A stretch of 64,000 nucleotides of DNA from a virus (Duplodnaviria > Caudoviricetes): positions 7,842 to 71,841 of the IMG/VR virus record IMGVR_UViG_3300015607_000169, one strand, 5' to 3'. Below are positions 40,702 through 50,195 of the stretch, one piece after another; within the stretch, counting starts at the first letter, position 1; every line of letters begins with the position of its first letter. The notes under the pieces were generated by a model. That model did not search any database and was not told where the DNA came from. It saw only the letters and a program-made list of their open reading frames with translations. A program made the position numbers and the translations under genes.

Positions 40702-41665
40702 GATTAACTCTGGCTTTATTAGATCCTACTGTCTCGACAAGTTTAAGTCTGATTATAGGATTTCTGGTGATGGGACTGAAATGATTATCCCGTCTATATT
40801 TATCGAAGGGGACTATAAGAAACACTTCTCTATTAATCTTGATACAGGATTATGGAGATGTTTCAAGTCTGGTGAGGTTGGAAACTTTATCAAATTCTAC
40901 TCTATTGTAGAAAAGCTTCCTTACCGCAGGGCTTATGAGAAATTCTTATTTGAAGAGTTTCTACACGAAGATGAGGATGTTAAGCCTGACGAAGTAATCA
41001 CACAAGTAGGGTTTGATTTCGACAGATTACAACTCATCCATCCTGAATGCTCTGTTGGACACTTGGATGATCCTATTTTACTGAAGGCGATTATTACATT
41101 ACATGAGCGCAATGTTCTTAAGTTTCCATTTTACCTCTGTAAGAGTGGATTCTACCAGGACAGACTTATTATCCCATACTTCAACTCTAAAGGAGAAATG
41201 TTCTACTTCCAGGCTAGATCCTTAACTGGGAAAGAGCCTAAGTATCTTAATGCCAAGAACTACAAGAGTTCTCACGTATTGTATCCTTTCCAATATGACA
41301 GTGAACAACCTCTTTACATCACAGAGGGCGTATTCGACTGTTTAAGCCTGAGAAATCTTGGGCTTAATGCAACCACTACTTTGTCCTGCAACTGCTCTAC
41401 AGAGCAAATGGAGCAGCTTAAGACGTATCCTGGACCGCTGGTTGTAGCCTACGATAATGATGAGGCTGGGATGAAGGGAACTCGACAGTTTATGCGTATG
41501 GCAAGAAAGGCTAAGAGATCCAGGCTATTCTTCTGCTTCCCTCCGAAGAGAGTTAAGGACTGGAACGCTCTTTACAGCGGAATCAACCCTTCTATGGATC
41601 TAGTTCCTGAATTGGAAAATCCAATAGAGCTAGACGATCTTACGTTAGCAGTTATCGGATTATGA
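40700..41665 (+). CDS. DnaG/gp61-like Toprim DNA primase
   Basis: RLIIPY...YFQARSL...PKYLN, YITEGVFD, VAYDNDEAG, PPKRVKDWN; start taken as ATG 40700 (MINSGF). Confidence 0.85.
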   Translation: MINSGFIRSYCLDKFKSDYRISGDGTEMIIPSIFIEGDYKKHFSINLDTGLWRCFKSGEVGNFIKFYSIVEKLPYRRAYEKFLFEEFLHEDEDVKPDEVITQVGFDFDRLQLIHPECSVGHLDDPILLKAIITLHERNVLKFPFYLCKSGFYQDRLIIPYFNSKGEMFYFQARSLTGKEPKYLNAKNYKSSHVLYPFQYDSEQPLYITEGVFDCLSLRNLGLNATTTLSCNCSTEQMEQLKTYPGPLVVAYDNDEAGMKGTRQFMRMARKAKRSRLFFCFPPKRVKDWNALYSGINPSMDLVPELENPIELDDLTLAVIGL

Positions 41666-42545
41666 ATGCTTGGTAATTAGAGTAAATTACTTGATTCAGA
41701 GCATTGAACTTAAGTCTTGCAACATAAGTTCCTGTCATAGATCCTAGATTTCCTGCAAGCAATTGTGGATGGGTTGATAATGAGTTTGTATCAAATGTGT
41801 ATACAACCGTAGAATCGGAAGTAACATCACAAGCACCACTAGTATCCGAGAATGACGATACGGAAACCCTTGATGGGAGATTCCTATCGTCATTTTCCTT
41901 ATAGATTTCGATTGCAGGATTGATTACTAAGGATTCCTTAAACAAGTTCCTCACTGATGAGTCCAATCCACCATTCTCAATTGTAAACTCATTAGTAAAC
42001 TTTAGATCTATCTTTGATCCTAAAGTGAGATACTTGTTCTCTAATCTTGTAGAGACTCGGAATAGAACTGGTTCCGTGGTTGCATAGAACCTATCTTCAT
42101 TAAGTGTAAACTCGTTTACAATCGTATCAAAGTCTGATCCTGGAAGTCTACGGATAGTCCAAACATCAATGTAGTCATTTACTGCCGAAGCTAGATTTGA
42201 TGCGGTAGCTGGATCTAAGACAACCGCAAATACCCCGTCACGAAGTTTATAAATCCCCGATGCCGCTGCGCTATACCCAGATGAATCAAAGCTCGGATCT
42301 GTGGTAAGAGTTGCTGAGTTAGCAAAGGTCATTAATTGTGATGTGACACTTGAGCTAATTAGTCCGTCTGTTCCAATAATGGAACTTGGGTAGAAATTAT
42401 CCGAGGCCAAGAAAATAGTAACGGAGCTTATATCAACTGGATCTTGGTATTGACCGTTATTGAAAAAGTAAGTTACAAGTGCTGTTTTCTCAGAAACAGA
42501 TGGATGATTGAATCTTGTATTTACAGCAGTATTGTTGATATACAT
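41652..42545 (-). CDS. Beta-rich virion structural protein (297 aa)
   Basis: S/T-rich Ig-like composition, coupled (TAA T ATG) to the frameshift ORF upstream. Confidence 0.65.
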   Translation of the reverse strand: MYINNTAVNTRFNHPSVSEKTALVTYFFNNGQYQDPVDISSVTIFLASDNFYPSSIIGTDGLISSSVTSQLMTFANSATLTTDPSFDSSGYSAAASGIYKLRDGVFAVVLDPATASNLASAVNDYIDVWTIRRLPGSDFDTIVNEFTLNEDRFYATTEPVLFRVSTRLENKYLTLGSKIDLKFTNEFTIENGGLDSSVRNLFKESLVINPAIEIYKENDDRNLPSRVSVSSFSDTSGACDVTSDSTVVYTFDTNSLSTHPQLLAGNLGSMTGTYVARLKFNALNQVIYSNYQAFIIR

Positions 42546-42546
42546 A

Positions 42547-42732
42547 TTAGCTTCCTAGCGCATTCCTTTCCCGTTCCATTTCGTCTGAGTAAAACTTGAT
42601 AAAAAGCAATCTTTCATTAAGAGTCATTAGCTTTACGTCAGAGTATGTGAAACCTATTTTACTAACTAATATGTAGGATTGATATAGTAACTGCTCAATA
42701 GTAAGACTGTTTTCTAACTCACTGAAAAAAAA
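42547..42732 (-). CDS. Unannotated gp51-like / T-like chaperone ORF reached by probable -1 frameshift from gp26
   Basis: -1 frame after the T8 run: FSELENSLTIEQLLYQSYILVSKIGFTYSDVKLMTLNERLLFIKFYSDEMERERNALGS*; no ATG/GTG/TTG before residue 34. Confidence 0.75.
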   Translation of the reverse strand, partial: FFFSELENSLTIEQLLYQSYILVSKIGFTYSDVKLMTLNERLLFIKFYSDEMERERNALGS

Positions 42733-43451
42733 CTTCCCGTGAAGGGTATCTCCATTAGCTCAGTGTGCTTGCAAGATGGGCATTCAAAGAAGAATAAAGT
42801 GTCAATTCCAAAGTTATTCTTATTCAAAGCTTGAGCAATTGCTTTCTTGTCTGCAATTCCCATCCTCTTATAAGCCTTTGCAATGAATACTGGGTCGGAC
42901 TCTCCCTTTAATTCCACAACGAATCTATACAAATGTTCCGGGGCTTCGTCAGAAGTTAGGAAAGCTTCGTCTGATACTCTAGGAAGTTTGATCTTAGCTA
43001 TAACCCCAAGTTTTGGTAACTTAATTGTAACGGGGTCTTCTGCATCTTCTTTTGCATAAGTAATTTGCATCCCATCAATATCAAGAGTCGAGTCAACAGT
43101 TCCCTTGCATTTTGGGCAAGCAAGAGAGAACTTATATTCACTCCCATAAGAGATCTCTCTAACTTTCATTAGAAGATAGAGTTTATCTGGAATTACTAGG
43201 TCTGATACCTTTATCCCTTTGATACACCTATCCAGGATCTCATTAATGGGATCGTTGCCCTTATTTCTAAGGATCTTAAATTCATCCTCGAAAGTTAACG
43301 GGGAGACTCTAACTCCCTGAAATCCCGCTCCGTAGAATCTTCCTTTAGATGGAAGATCTGCTAGGATATCTACGTCTGCCTTAACATTTGCAAAGAGATC
43401 GTTTAATGCCTGGTCTCTATCTGCTGCGCCTAAATCTTTCAAATTGCTCAT
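42714..43451 (-). CDS. gp26: Baseplate hub assembly chaperone (T4 gp26 family)
   Basis: LPSKGRFY, PLTFEDE..L, DKLYLLMKVREISYG.EY...CPKC, C-terminal CPSC. Confidence 0.85.
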   Translation of the reverse strand: MSNLKDLGAADRDQALNDLFANVKADVDILADLPSKGRFYGAGFQGVRVSPLTFEDEFKILRNKGNDPINEILDRCIKGIKVSDLVIPDKLYLLMKVREISYGSEYKFSLACPKCKGTVDSTLDIDGMQITYAKEDAEDPVTIKLPKLGVIAKIKLPRVSDEAFLTSDEAPEHLYRFVVELKGESDPVFIAKAYKRMGIADKKAIAQALNKNNFGIDTLFFFECPSCKHTELMEIPFTGSFFSVS

Positions 43452-43485
43452 TATAGTCTACCTTTTGATACCTATTATAGTATCA

Positions 43486-44874
43486 ATGAAGATTATTGTA
43501 GGCAACTTAAAGTCTGTCCTAGAAACAGATAACCAAGAATTACTCGATACTTTCTATAACAGATATGGATTTCCTATTCCTGGGTATCAATATACTCCAC
43601 AATATAGAAATCGTAGATGGGACGGAAAGAAACGGTATTTTTCTAAAAATGGGTCATTTAGGACTGGACTACTCCAACGTATTCTAAAGGACTTAGAAAC
43701 TATTGGGTGTAAAGATCCTGAAATGGTTTATGAAGATGGTTATTCGAAGTTATCTACTAATAAAGACTTAAATCCAACTCCTGTAAAAAAGTTTAAGTAT
43801 CGTGATTATCAAATTGATGCAATTAAAGAAACAATTCTCAAGAGAAGATTAATTGTAGAATCTCCAACAGGATCAGGGAAAACCCTAATAATGGCTGGAA
43901 TTCTTAAGACTCTGGAAGGTCTTAAAGCTACAATCCTATTCCGGGAAAAAGGCATTCTAAATCAAACTTATGAATTTTTCAAAGCTTGTGGGATTAAAAA
44001 TCTAGGAATCAATTCGGGAGATGGTTATATTCCCGGTAAGATAATACTCTCAACTGTTCAGAGTATAGATAAGATTATCGACGAACACTTAAATGACGAT
44101 ATCTTAATGGTTGACGAGGCGCATCAATTCTGTAAAGGTGATATAACAATCGCTGCAATAGAAGCTTTTCCCAAGGCATTTGTAAGGGTTGCGTTTACGG
44201 CCACAGTTCCATCCGAGAAACACGATATCCACGGTAGAATGGTCTTGGAAGGGGCTTTTGGGCCAGTCTATTCAACTCGTTCAATGGACGATCTAATCAA
44301 GGATGGGCACATTGCCAAACCAATTATTCAGGTCGTCCAGTATGCTCCTTCTTCAGTAGACGAAGACCTTGGATATCAAGATCAATACGATTTTCACGTA
44401 GTCCATTCAGAAGAACGCAATTCCAAAATTTGCAGTATTGTTGAACATATTATCACAAATAACCCAAATGCTAAGATTTTGATATTGGTTAAGAATCTTG
44501 AGCATTTAAACATTATCAAATCCAAGATTAAGAATTCCGTATCAGTAGAAGGAAAAGATAGTATTGAAGAGCGTTATTCCATCATCAATGACTTCAAAAC
44601 TGCGGATAAGTCTGCTTGCATTGTTGGAACTAATGTAATGCAAACTGGAATTAGCATTGATGAGATTACTCACATGATTAATGCTAGAGGACTGAAAGGT
44701 GAGATTCCAACAATTCAAGGATTAGGCCGTGGAGTTAGAAAAGCAGAAGGAAAAGATCAAGTTTTCTTCTATGATTTCTATGATAAGGTTCCTTATCTAG
44801 AAGAACATTCAAAAAACAGAATCAAGCATTACCAAGGATTAAAATTCGAGATTAACTATGTCAAACTTAACTAA
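43486..44874 (+). CDS. uvsW: SF2 DNA helicase (UvsW-like)
   Basis: YRDYQ, SPTGSGKT, DEAH, TAT, QTGISI, QGLGRGVR, FYDFYD; start taken at MKIIVG. Confidence 0.9.
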   Translation: MKIIVGNLKSVLETDNQELLDTFYNRYGFPIPGYQYTPQYRNRRWDGKKRYFSKNGSFRTGLLQRILKDLETIGCKDPEMVYEDGYSKLSTNKDLNPTPVKKFKYRDYQIDAIKETILKRRLIVESPTGSGKTLIMAGILKTLEGLKATILFREKGILNQTYEFFKACGIKNLGINSGDGYIPGKIILSTVQSIDKIIDEHLNDDILMVDEAHQFCKGDITIAAIEAFPKAFVRVAFTATVPSEKHDIHGRMVLEGAFGPVYSTRSMDDLIKDGHIAKPIIQVVQYAPSSVDEDLGYQDQYDFHVVHSEERNSKICSIVEHIITNNPNAKILILVKNLEHLNIIKSKIKNSVSVEGKDSIEERYSIINDFKTADKSACIVGTNVMQTGISIDEITHMINARGLKGEIPTIQGLGRGVRKAEGKDQVFFYDFYDKVPYLEEHSKNRIKHYQGLKFEINYVKLN

Positions 44875-45094
44875 AGAAGCAATTGCAGATACTCTTTACG
44901 ATCTAACTAAAGCAAATCAGACTACCATTGAGACTTGTATTGCAGTATTGAATAAGATTAAAGATACAAAAAAGATCTCTGAATCTAATTTCAGAGATCT
45001 TACTAATGTTTGGAGAGAATTGGATGCTTTGAGGGAAGTATTCTTTTTAAGATTGTTGAATTCCCTTAAACGTGGTGATATGATAAGAGTTTAA
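44858..45094 (+). CDS. Hypothetical helical protein (78 aa)
   Basis: Overlaps the helicase stop; helical composition. Confidence 0.6.
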   Translation: MSNLTKEAIADTLYDLTKANQTTIETCIAVLNKIKDTKKISESNFRDLTNVWRELDALREVFFLRLLNSLKRGDMIRV

Positions 45095-45277
45095 TTATTT
45101 CCAAACTCCCCCAATCTTAATGTAGGGAGTTACGGCTTTCCATACTCCTGAAAGCTTAAGATATAAAGAAACTTGTTTCCAAACCCCTGAAATCTTTAAC
45201 CATATTTTTTGAGTGGTTGAAGCTTGGATTGGAAGTAATCCTAATTCCTGCTGTGCTCCATCGAATAATCTTTTCAT
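45095..45277 (-). CDS. Small tail-fibre tip / accessory protein with three KxSGVWK repeats
   Basis: KIWLKISGVWKQ / LYLKLSGVWKA / PYIKIGGVWK; TAA T ATG coupling. Confidence 0.75.
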   Translation of the reverse strand: MKRLFDGAQQELGLLPIQASTTQKIWLKISGVWKQVSLYLKLSGVWKAVTPYIKIGGVWK

Positions 45278-45278
45278 A

Positions 45279-46079
45279 TTAAGCTGGTGATACTATCAAA
45301 CTTCCAAAATTTGAAGTAAACGTTCCGTTTATTTGAATAATAATCCCTAAATTTGCTGAATTATAAAACTTAACGAGGGAGTTAATCAATCCTCCTTGAA
45401 GCAAATTACAGTAATTTAATCCGTTGTTACCGACTGTAAAAAAACATACCGCTAGTGGTTTAACTAGTGAGATACCTAAGTTTCCTTGGGTTCCGGTAGT
45501 TAAAAATAGTGTAAATGACTCAACTGATCTTATGCCTGTGCTTGATAATGGGATAAATTGCGTTTTGTTTGCTGTGTTCCATGGAATAGCTCCTAAGGGA
45601 AATCTGTAGGAAGATAGGCCAGATACTCCTAAGTTATCCGTATAAGTTATTTGAGCACTTGAGTTTGTAGTTCCAATGGCTGTATATGCAGTAATTAAAG
45701 CATATACCCCATCACCTGTTGTATATCTTGGTAGAGGTGCAGTTGGCAGGTTTGTTGTTTGAGTAATTGCGTTATTTCCACTTAATCCGCCTTGCATTGA
45801 TAAGATATCAACCAATATTATTGCTCCGGTTCCTCCTGTCTCATTAATGTTAATCCCATGCAATATTGACGATCCAGTGTTGGCAGAGCTTAAATTATAC
45901 CATACTCCAGTCCCATAGTTACTACTACTTGTGGCTGTTGACGGGACTGATGGTGCAGGGCTAGTTGATATTAGGTATGAATTGAACATTGAATTGGCAA
46001 CTACAGTTCCTCCTGAATAAAAACTAGAGTTTAGGTTTGATGCCAAACTTTTATATGTTGCTAGAGAAGATACTGTCAT
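45279..46079 (-). CDS. Tail-fibre-associated beta-sandwich protein, paralogue 3
   Basis: LVDIL...GGLSG...Q, LPRYTTGDG, ITYTD..G, G.RSVESF...TGT.GN.GISLVKPL shared with neighbours. Confidence 0.7.
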   Translation of the reverse strand: MTVSSLATYKSLASNLNSSFYSGGTVVANSMFNSYLISTSPAPSVPSTATSSSNYGTGVWYNLSSANTGSSILHGININETGGTGAIILVDILSMQGGLSGNNAITQTTNLPTAPLPRYTTGDGVYALITAYTAIGTTNSSAQITYTDNLGVSGLSSYRFPLGAIPWNTANKTQFIPLSSTGIRSVESFTLFLTTGTQGNLGISLVKPLAVCFFTVGNNGLNYCNLLQGGLINSLVKFYNSANLGIIIQINGTFTSNFGSLIVSPA

Positions 46080-46081
46080 AA

Positions 46082-46945
46082 TTATCCGCTAATTAATTGC
46101 ATTGCTCCCCAACCATTCATTCCTGTTGTATTAGTAGATTTACTATACAATGCCAAACATGCATTTGGGTGAATTGTTGGTATTCCTGGAAGTCCGGTAG
46201 TAAAATCTCTCCACTCAGGAACTCCCGCAAGTGAAAATCCTAAAACTGCTATTGGTCTAAATATAACAAATGAAAACGATCCGGCGGTTCCTGTAGATGC
46301 AGCAATAGAGAATCTAGTAATCGCCCTAACTCCTGTATCAGAGCCTTTTAATGGAATTGGTTCAAATCTTCCCGCCGTGCCAAAATTTGTAGCTCCTGCA
46401 CCAGTAACTCCAAATCTACAAGTAGACGACATAGTAACCCCGTCTTGATTGATATATTCTAAAGTTAAAGTGGTCCCAGTATTTCCTATTGTAGTAAGAA
46501 TTTCAAATGCCGGGAAGTTGCCCGCACCAGAAGTAAACCTAGTAATTGGAGAACTTACGGAAACTCCTTGAATATCTTGCAGTCCTGTAGTTGTTCCATT
46601 ATATCCGCCTTTATGGTAAAGCCTATCGTATAAAACGATGGACCCGGCTACATTTGTAACAAAACCAAAAGAGGTGATATACCTATCCATTCCACTAGTT
46701 CCACTTGGAAAATAAATTCTACCTTCCGTGGAAAAGTCACACACTGAACCTGTTGTTGGGGGATTAATTCCAGATGGGGGAATACCATCTAATCTCCACA
46801 TAGACATTCCCTTACCGGCAATAGCAGCAGGTTGAGGGCCACACCCAATTGTAGGGAATTTATGAATACCCACAAGCGCAGGGCTTCCAGATAAGTTCCC
46901 TAGCTGCTTTGTTATAATAAAGTCTACGCTTGATAAAGTTCCCAT
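46082..46945 (-). CDS. Tail-fibre-associated beta-sandwich protein, paralogue 2
   Basis: SMWRLDG.PPSG, LYDRLYHKGG, EYINQDG, PL...DTGVRAI, FRPIA, NACL. Confidence 0.75.
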   Translation of the reverse strand: MGTLSSVDFIITKQLGNLSGSPALVGIHKFPTIGCGPQPAAIAGKGMSMWRLDGIPPSGINPPTTGSVCDFSTEGRIYFPSGTSGMDRYITSFGFVTNVAGSIVLYDRLYHKGGYNGTTTGLQDIQGVSVSSPITRFTSGAGNFPAFEILTTIGNTGTTLTLEYINQDGVTMSSTCRFGVTGAGATNFGTAGRFEPIPLKGSDTGVRAITRFSIAASTGTAGSFSFVIFRPIAVLGFSLAGVPEWRDFTTGLPGIPTIHPNACLALYSKSTNTTGMNGWGAMQLISG

Positions 46946-47802
46946 TATACACTAATTACACTAATACTTCCTATTATATCAACTTGGCTAGCAGAAATAA
47001 TTTTTGCTAGGAATGAAAGACATGCCCCATTTTCTATTTTTGGATGACCTGAGATAACATAATTAAAATCCATAGTTCCTTTAGATGCAATTTGCCCATT
47101 ACTAACTGCTCCTAAATACTTTCCAATAACTATAGAAAAAACCCCTGCTCCTGTAGCTGCCCTTAAGCCAACTTTAGTTATTGCACTTACCCCAGAGTCA
47201 CTAGGATTTAGAGGAATCATTCCACAGTTATTTATATTAAAGTAAGGATATGTTGATCCGCCACCCATAGGAACAGTTGATGATGATGTTAAACCTAAGT
47301 CATTTATGTATTCTACATCCATCAAAGTTAATGTAGCTCCAAATTGAGTGGTAATTTCGTAAAACATGAAATTTCCTACTCCACTTGTATTTCTAGTAAT
47401 CAAAGAGGATGTTGGAGGGGAGCCCTGAACTAATTGTAAGTTTGTAGTGTTAGCATTAAATCCACTTTTATGATAAAGCCTATCGTATAAAATTATTTGA
47501 CTTGCAGCCGCATTCTGTGCAGCAAATCCGGTTAGTTTTCTTTCTAACGAACCTGTGGCCCCGCTAACACGTAAAGCTCCGCTAGTAGCGGAAGTTGTCA
47601 CCTCTCCAGAGGCAGGCGGAAAGACCCCGGAAGCCGGGAATCCATCAATTCCCCATAATGAAACAACTGAATTTGTATTATATGAGGTTGGCGCAGCCCC
47701 TCCTTTTGTTCCATTTTTGTAGAAAAAAATGGTTTCAGGATTGCCCGATGCCCCTCCAGTAGATCTATTTAAAAAATCTGATACGTCTCTTAAAGTTCCC
47801 AT
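46945..47802 (-). CDS. Tail-fibre-associated beta-sandwich protein, paralogue 1
   Basis: SLWGIDG.PASG, LYDRLYHKSG, EYINDLG, PL...DSGVSAI, GACL. Confidence 0.75.
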   Translation of the reverse strand: MGTLRDVSDFLNRSTGGASGNPETIFFYKNGTKGGAAPTSYNTNSVVSLWGIDGFPASGVFPPASGEVTTSATSGALRVSGATGSLERKLTGFAAQNAAASQIILYDRLYHKSGFNANTTNLQLVQGSPPTSSLITRNTSGVGNFMFYEITTQFGATLTLMDVEYINDLGLTSSSTVPMGGGSTYPYFNINNCGMIPLNPSDSGVSAITKVGLRAATGAGVFSIVIGKYLGAVSNGQIASKGTMDFNYVISGHPKIENGACLSFLAKIISASQVDIIGSISVISV

Positions 47803-50192
47803 TATGTTGTGTATTGAAAATACAAGTCACCGTTTTCCCCAAATGAATCGCTGGGCGCAGCAGTTCCGATATAAGGTGAAGTTGTTAGAATTCCAAATTC
47901 GTTAGTTTGAACAAAAGTGGAGCTTACATTAGTTATAGTCGCACTTGCAGATATAACCATATTAGTTGAAGTCACAGATAGTGCGCTTAGACCACTAGGG
48001 AATATAGTGCCTCCTGTTGCTGATATGTAGATAGCACCATTTTGGTTTTTTAGGTAACCGTTTGATCCACCAAGATAAATTGTGGTTGCAGAAATATTAG
48101 TGGCTGATAGGGTATCTGTATCCTTATTCCAAGTTAATGCAGAGTCCCCATTAAATGTGGATCCCCCATCATTAAATTGGATTTGCGTGTTAGATCCACC
48201 AGGACTTCCTCCAACTCCCGCAAAAGTAGATGACGGATATAGACCAAACCGATTTACTCCAGTTGCCGGGCCAGAAGTCATTAATACATATCCTGGGCCT
48301 TTAGTATATACTTCGTTTATACCGAATCCCATGTCACCTAAATCAGCGCTCTGCTCAGGAATCTTATTTCTAGCCCCAGTATTATCTCTTAGAGTTAATT
48401 GTGTTGCACTTAGAACAGTTGCGCTAAGTCCACTAAAATAGAAGTTAGCATTGGCTGAATCACCAGATGAGTTAATAAAATTGGAATCAAGTGTGCTTTG
48501 AGTCCAGTGAACTGCCGATGTAATGTGACTGGAAACTTGTGAACTTAATGCAGAATTTGTAGCGGATAAAACGTATTGAGGGTGTGAGTTTGATGCTAGC
48601 CCTTGCAGCGAATTGTGATCTAAATACGCCGCTAACTCAGATTGATAAGAAGAAGGCTTCCAAGTTTCCCATAATGCCACACTATCATTCCAAACTATTA
48701 TGGATCTATCCTCAATATCTCCTGTAATAACAGGAAAGTTAATGGTGTCTAGAGCTTCGTAAAGATGGGTTATCCCACCCCCACCAGTTGGAAGTGCTGA
48801 TGCGACCCATCTAATTCCATTCCAAACTAAAGCATTACCATTGGAAGGAGTTGCAACACTAACATCTCTTAAAGATGCACTCAGGGATATCCCTGAAAAA
48901 TTTGTTGCACTTATTACGGAAGCACTCAAATTACTAAAATAAAAACTTCCTGTCGCTGAATCCCCAGAAGAATTTATATAATTGGTATTGAGCGTTGTTA
49001 AGTCCCAGTGAACAGCGGATCCAATATGGTTTGATACTTGAGAACTTAGGTTATTATTAGTTGTAGTTAAAACGTAATTTGAATTAACCCAAGAACTTAA
49101 TGCATATCCTGGATTAGAACTTAGTGAAGATGCATAAAAATGAACTTCTGCTGATGCAATATGGTTAGCAACATTTGAACTTAATGTTAGGTTCTTTGCC
49201 TCCGTAGTATAGTTTGCTATAGGATAGCTTGTTATTATGCTTGCAGTTCCATCAGTCCCTAAAAATGAATTAGCCGTTGGCTCTGTCCCAAAGTCGCCTG
49301 CAAGACCAATACCTGTAACCTGATTATTCTGATCGAGGAACAATAATTGGTTTGTGCTAACATACGGCAAATACAAAGCCGTGCTAACAATAGTGGATCC
49401 AGTGTTTATTGTTGGGAGATTAAATGTCCCAGTTCCAGTTCCACCAGACTTTAGTAAATAACTATTTGATACGGCAGAGGATAAAGAGGCAGAAACAGAA
49501 GACAATGAGGATGTCATTGCATATCCTGGGTCTGCTACGAAAGTAAGTCCTGTTCCCCCTGAATTTACTTTTACAAACTTATTTGCGGCTCCTGTATAAT
49601 TCGCAGGAACATCAGTTAAAGCCGTGAATACTGTGGCACCTCCACCAGCAACAAAAGTCGAACTTGCTAAATTTTGCCAAAAACCAAATGCAGCATTATA
49701 GGATAAAACATCTCCATTAGATAAAGAACCTAAATTAATATCTGTTAAAGATGCCCCTAAACTAAGACTAGCGATATCAGATTGAAGGGTAGTTATATCT
49801 CCCTCCGCAGTTGTTAGTCTTGAATCTAATGAATTAGTAGTTGAAGTTGTAGCGTAGTTAGCTGCAACTAAAGCTGTAGTAGCATAATCCACCATCACAT
49901 TAGCAACAGATGAGTTTGATAGATATCCCAAACTGTTAACAACTATCATGTAGTCTGGAGTTAGGGATAATCCTGGCTCAACGTCACCAAGATCTACAAA
50001 GTTAGTTGCGGGACCACCAACACCAAGGTAAGATACTGCACTAACAGGCCCATTAAATACAATCGTTCCTGTAACTGGGGAAACTGAATTAACCTTGATA
50101 TCAGTTAATTCGCTTAGTCCTACAGCTTGATTACTAGGATTGTATGCTACCCCTAATGGGCGATTGTTTACTGTGGTGTTTGGGCAAGTCAT
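47802..50192 (-). CDS. Tail fibre protein (796 aa) with internal repeats
   Basis: LxDV...NGxxLxWN fibre repeats, three LSSxVxxHIxSAxH repeats, GSNTQIQFNDGG, C-terminal DSFGENGDLYFQY. Confidence 0.8.
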   Translation of the reverse strand: MTCPNTTVNNRPLGVAYNPSNQAVGLSELTDIKVNSVSPVTGTIVFNGPVSAVSYLGVGGPATNFVDLGDVEPGLSLTPDYMIVVNSLGYLSNSSVANVMVDYATTALVAANYATTSTTNSLDSRLTTAEGDITTLQSDIASLSLGASLTDINLGSLSNGDVLSYNAAFGFWQNLASSTFVAGGGATVFTALTDVPANYTGAANKFVKVNSGGTGLTFVADPGYAMTSSLSSVSASLSSAVSNSYLLKSGGTGTGTFNLPTINTGSTIVSTALYLPYVSTNQLLFLDQNNQVTGIGLAGDFGTEPTANSFLGTDGTASIITSYPIANYTTEAKNLTLSSNVANHIASAEVHFYASSLSSNPGYALSSWVNSNYVLTTTNNNLSSQVSNHIGSAVHWDLTTLNTNYINSSGDSATGSFYFSNLSASVISATNFSGISLSASLRDVSVATPSNGNALVWNGIRWVASALPTGGGGITHLYEALDTINFPVITGDIEDRSIIVWNDSVALWETWKPSSYQSELAAYLDHNSLQGLASNSHPQYVLSATNSALSSQVSSHITSAVHWTQSTLDSNFINSSGDSANANFYFSGLSATVLSATQLTLRDNTGARNKIPEQSADLGDMGFGINEVYTKGPGYVLMTSGPATGVNRFGLYPSSTFAGVGGSPGGSNTQIQFNDGGSTFNGDSALTWNKDTDTLSATNISATTIYLGGSNGYLKNQNGAIYISATGGTIFPSGLSALSVTSTNMVISASATITNVSSTFVQTNEFGILTTSPYIGTAAPSDSFGENGDLYFQYTT

Positions 50193-50195
50193 TTA

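Noticed and set aside
47802-50192. Diversity-generating retroelement target in the fibre repeats
   Set aside because: Repeats are degenerate at all bases rather than adenine-specific, and there is no reverse transcriptase in the window
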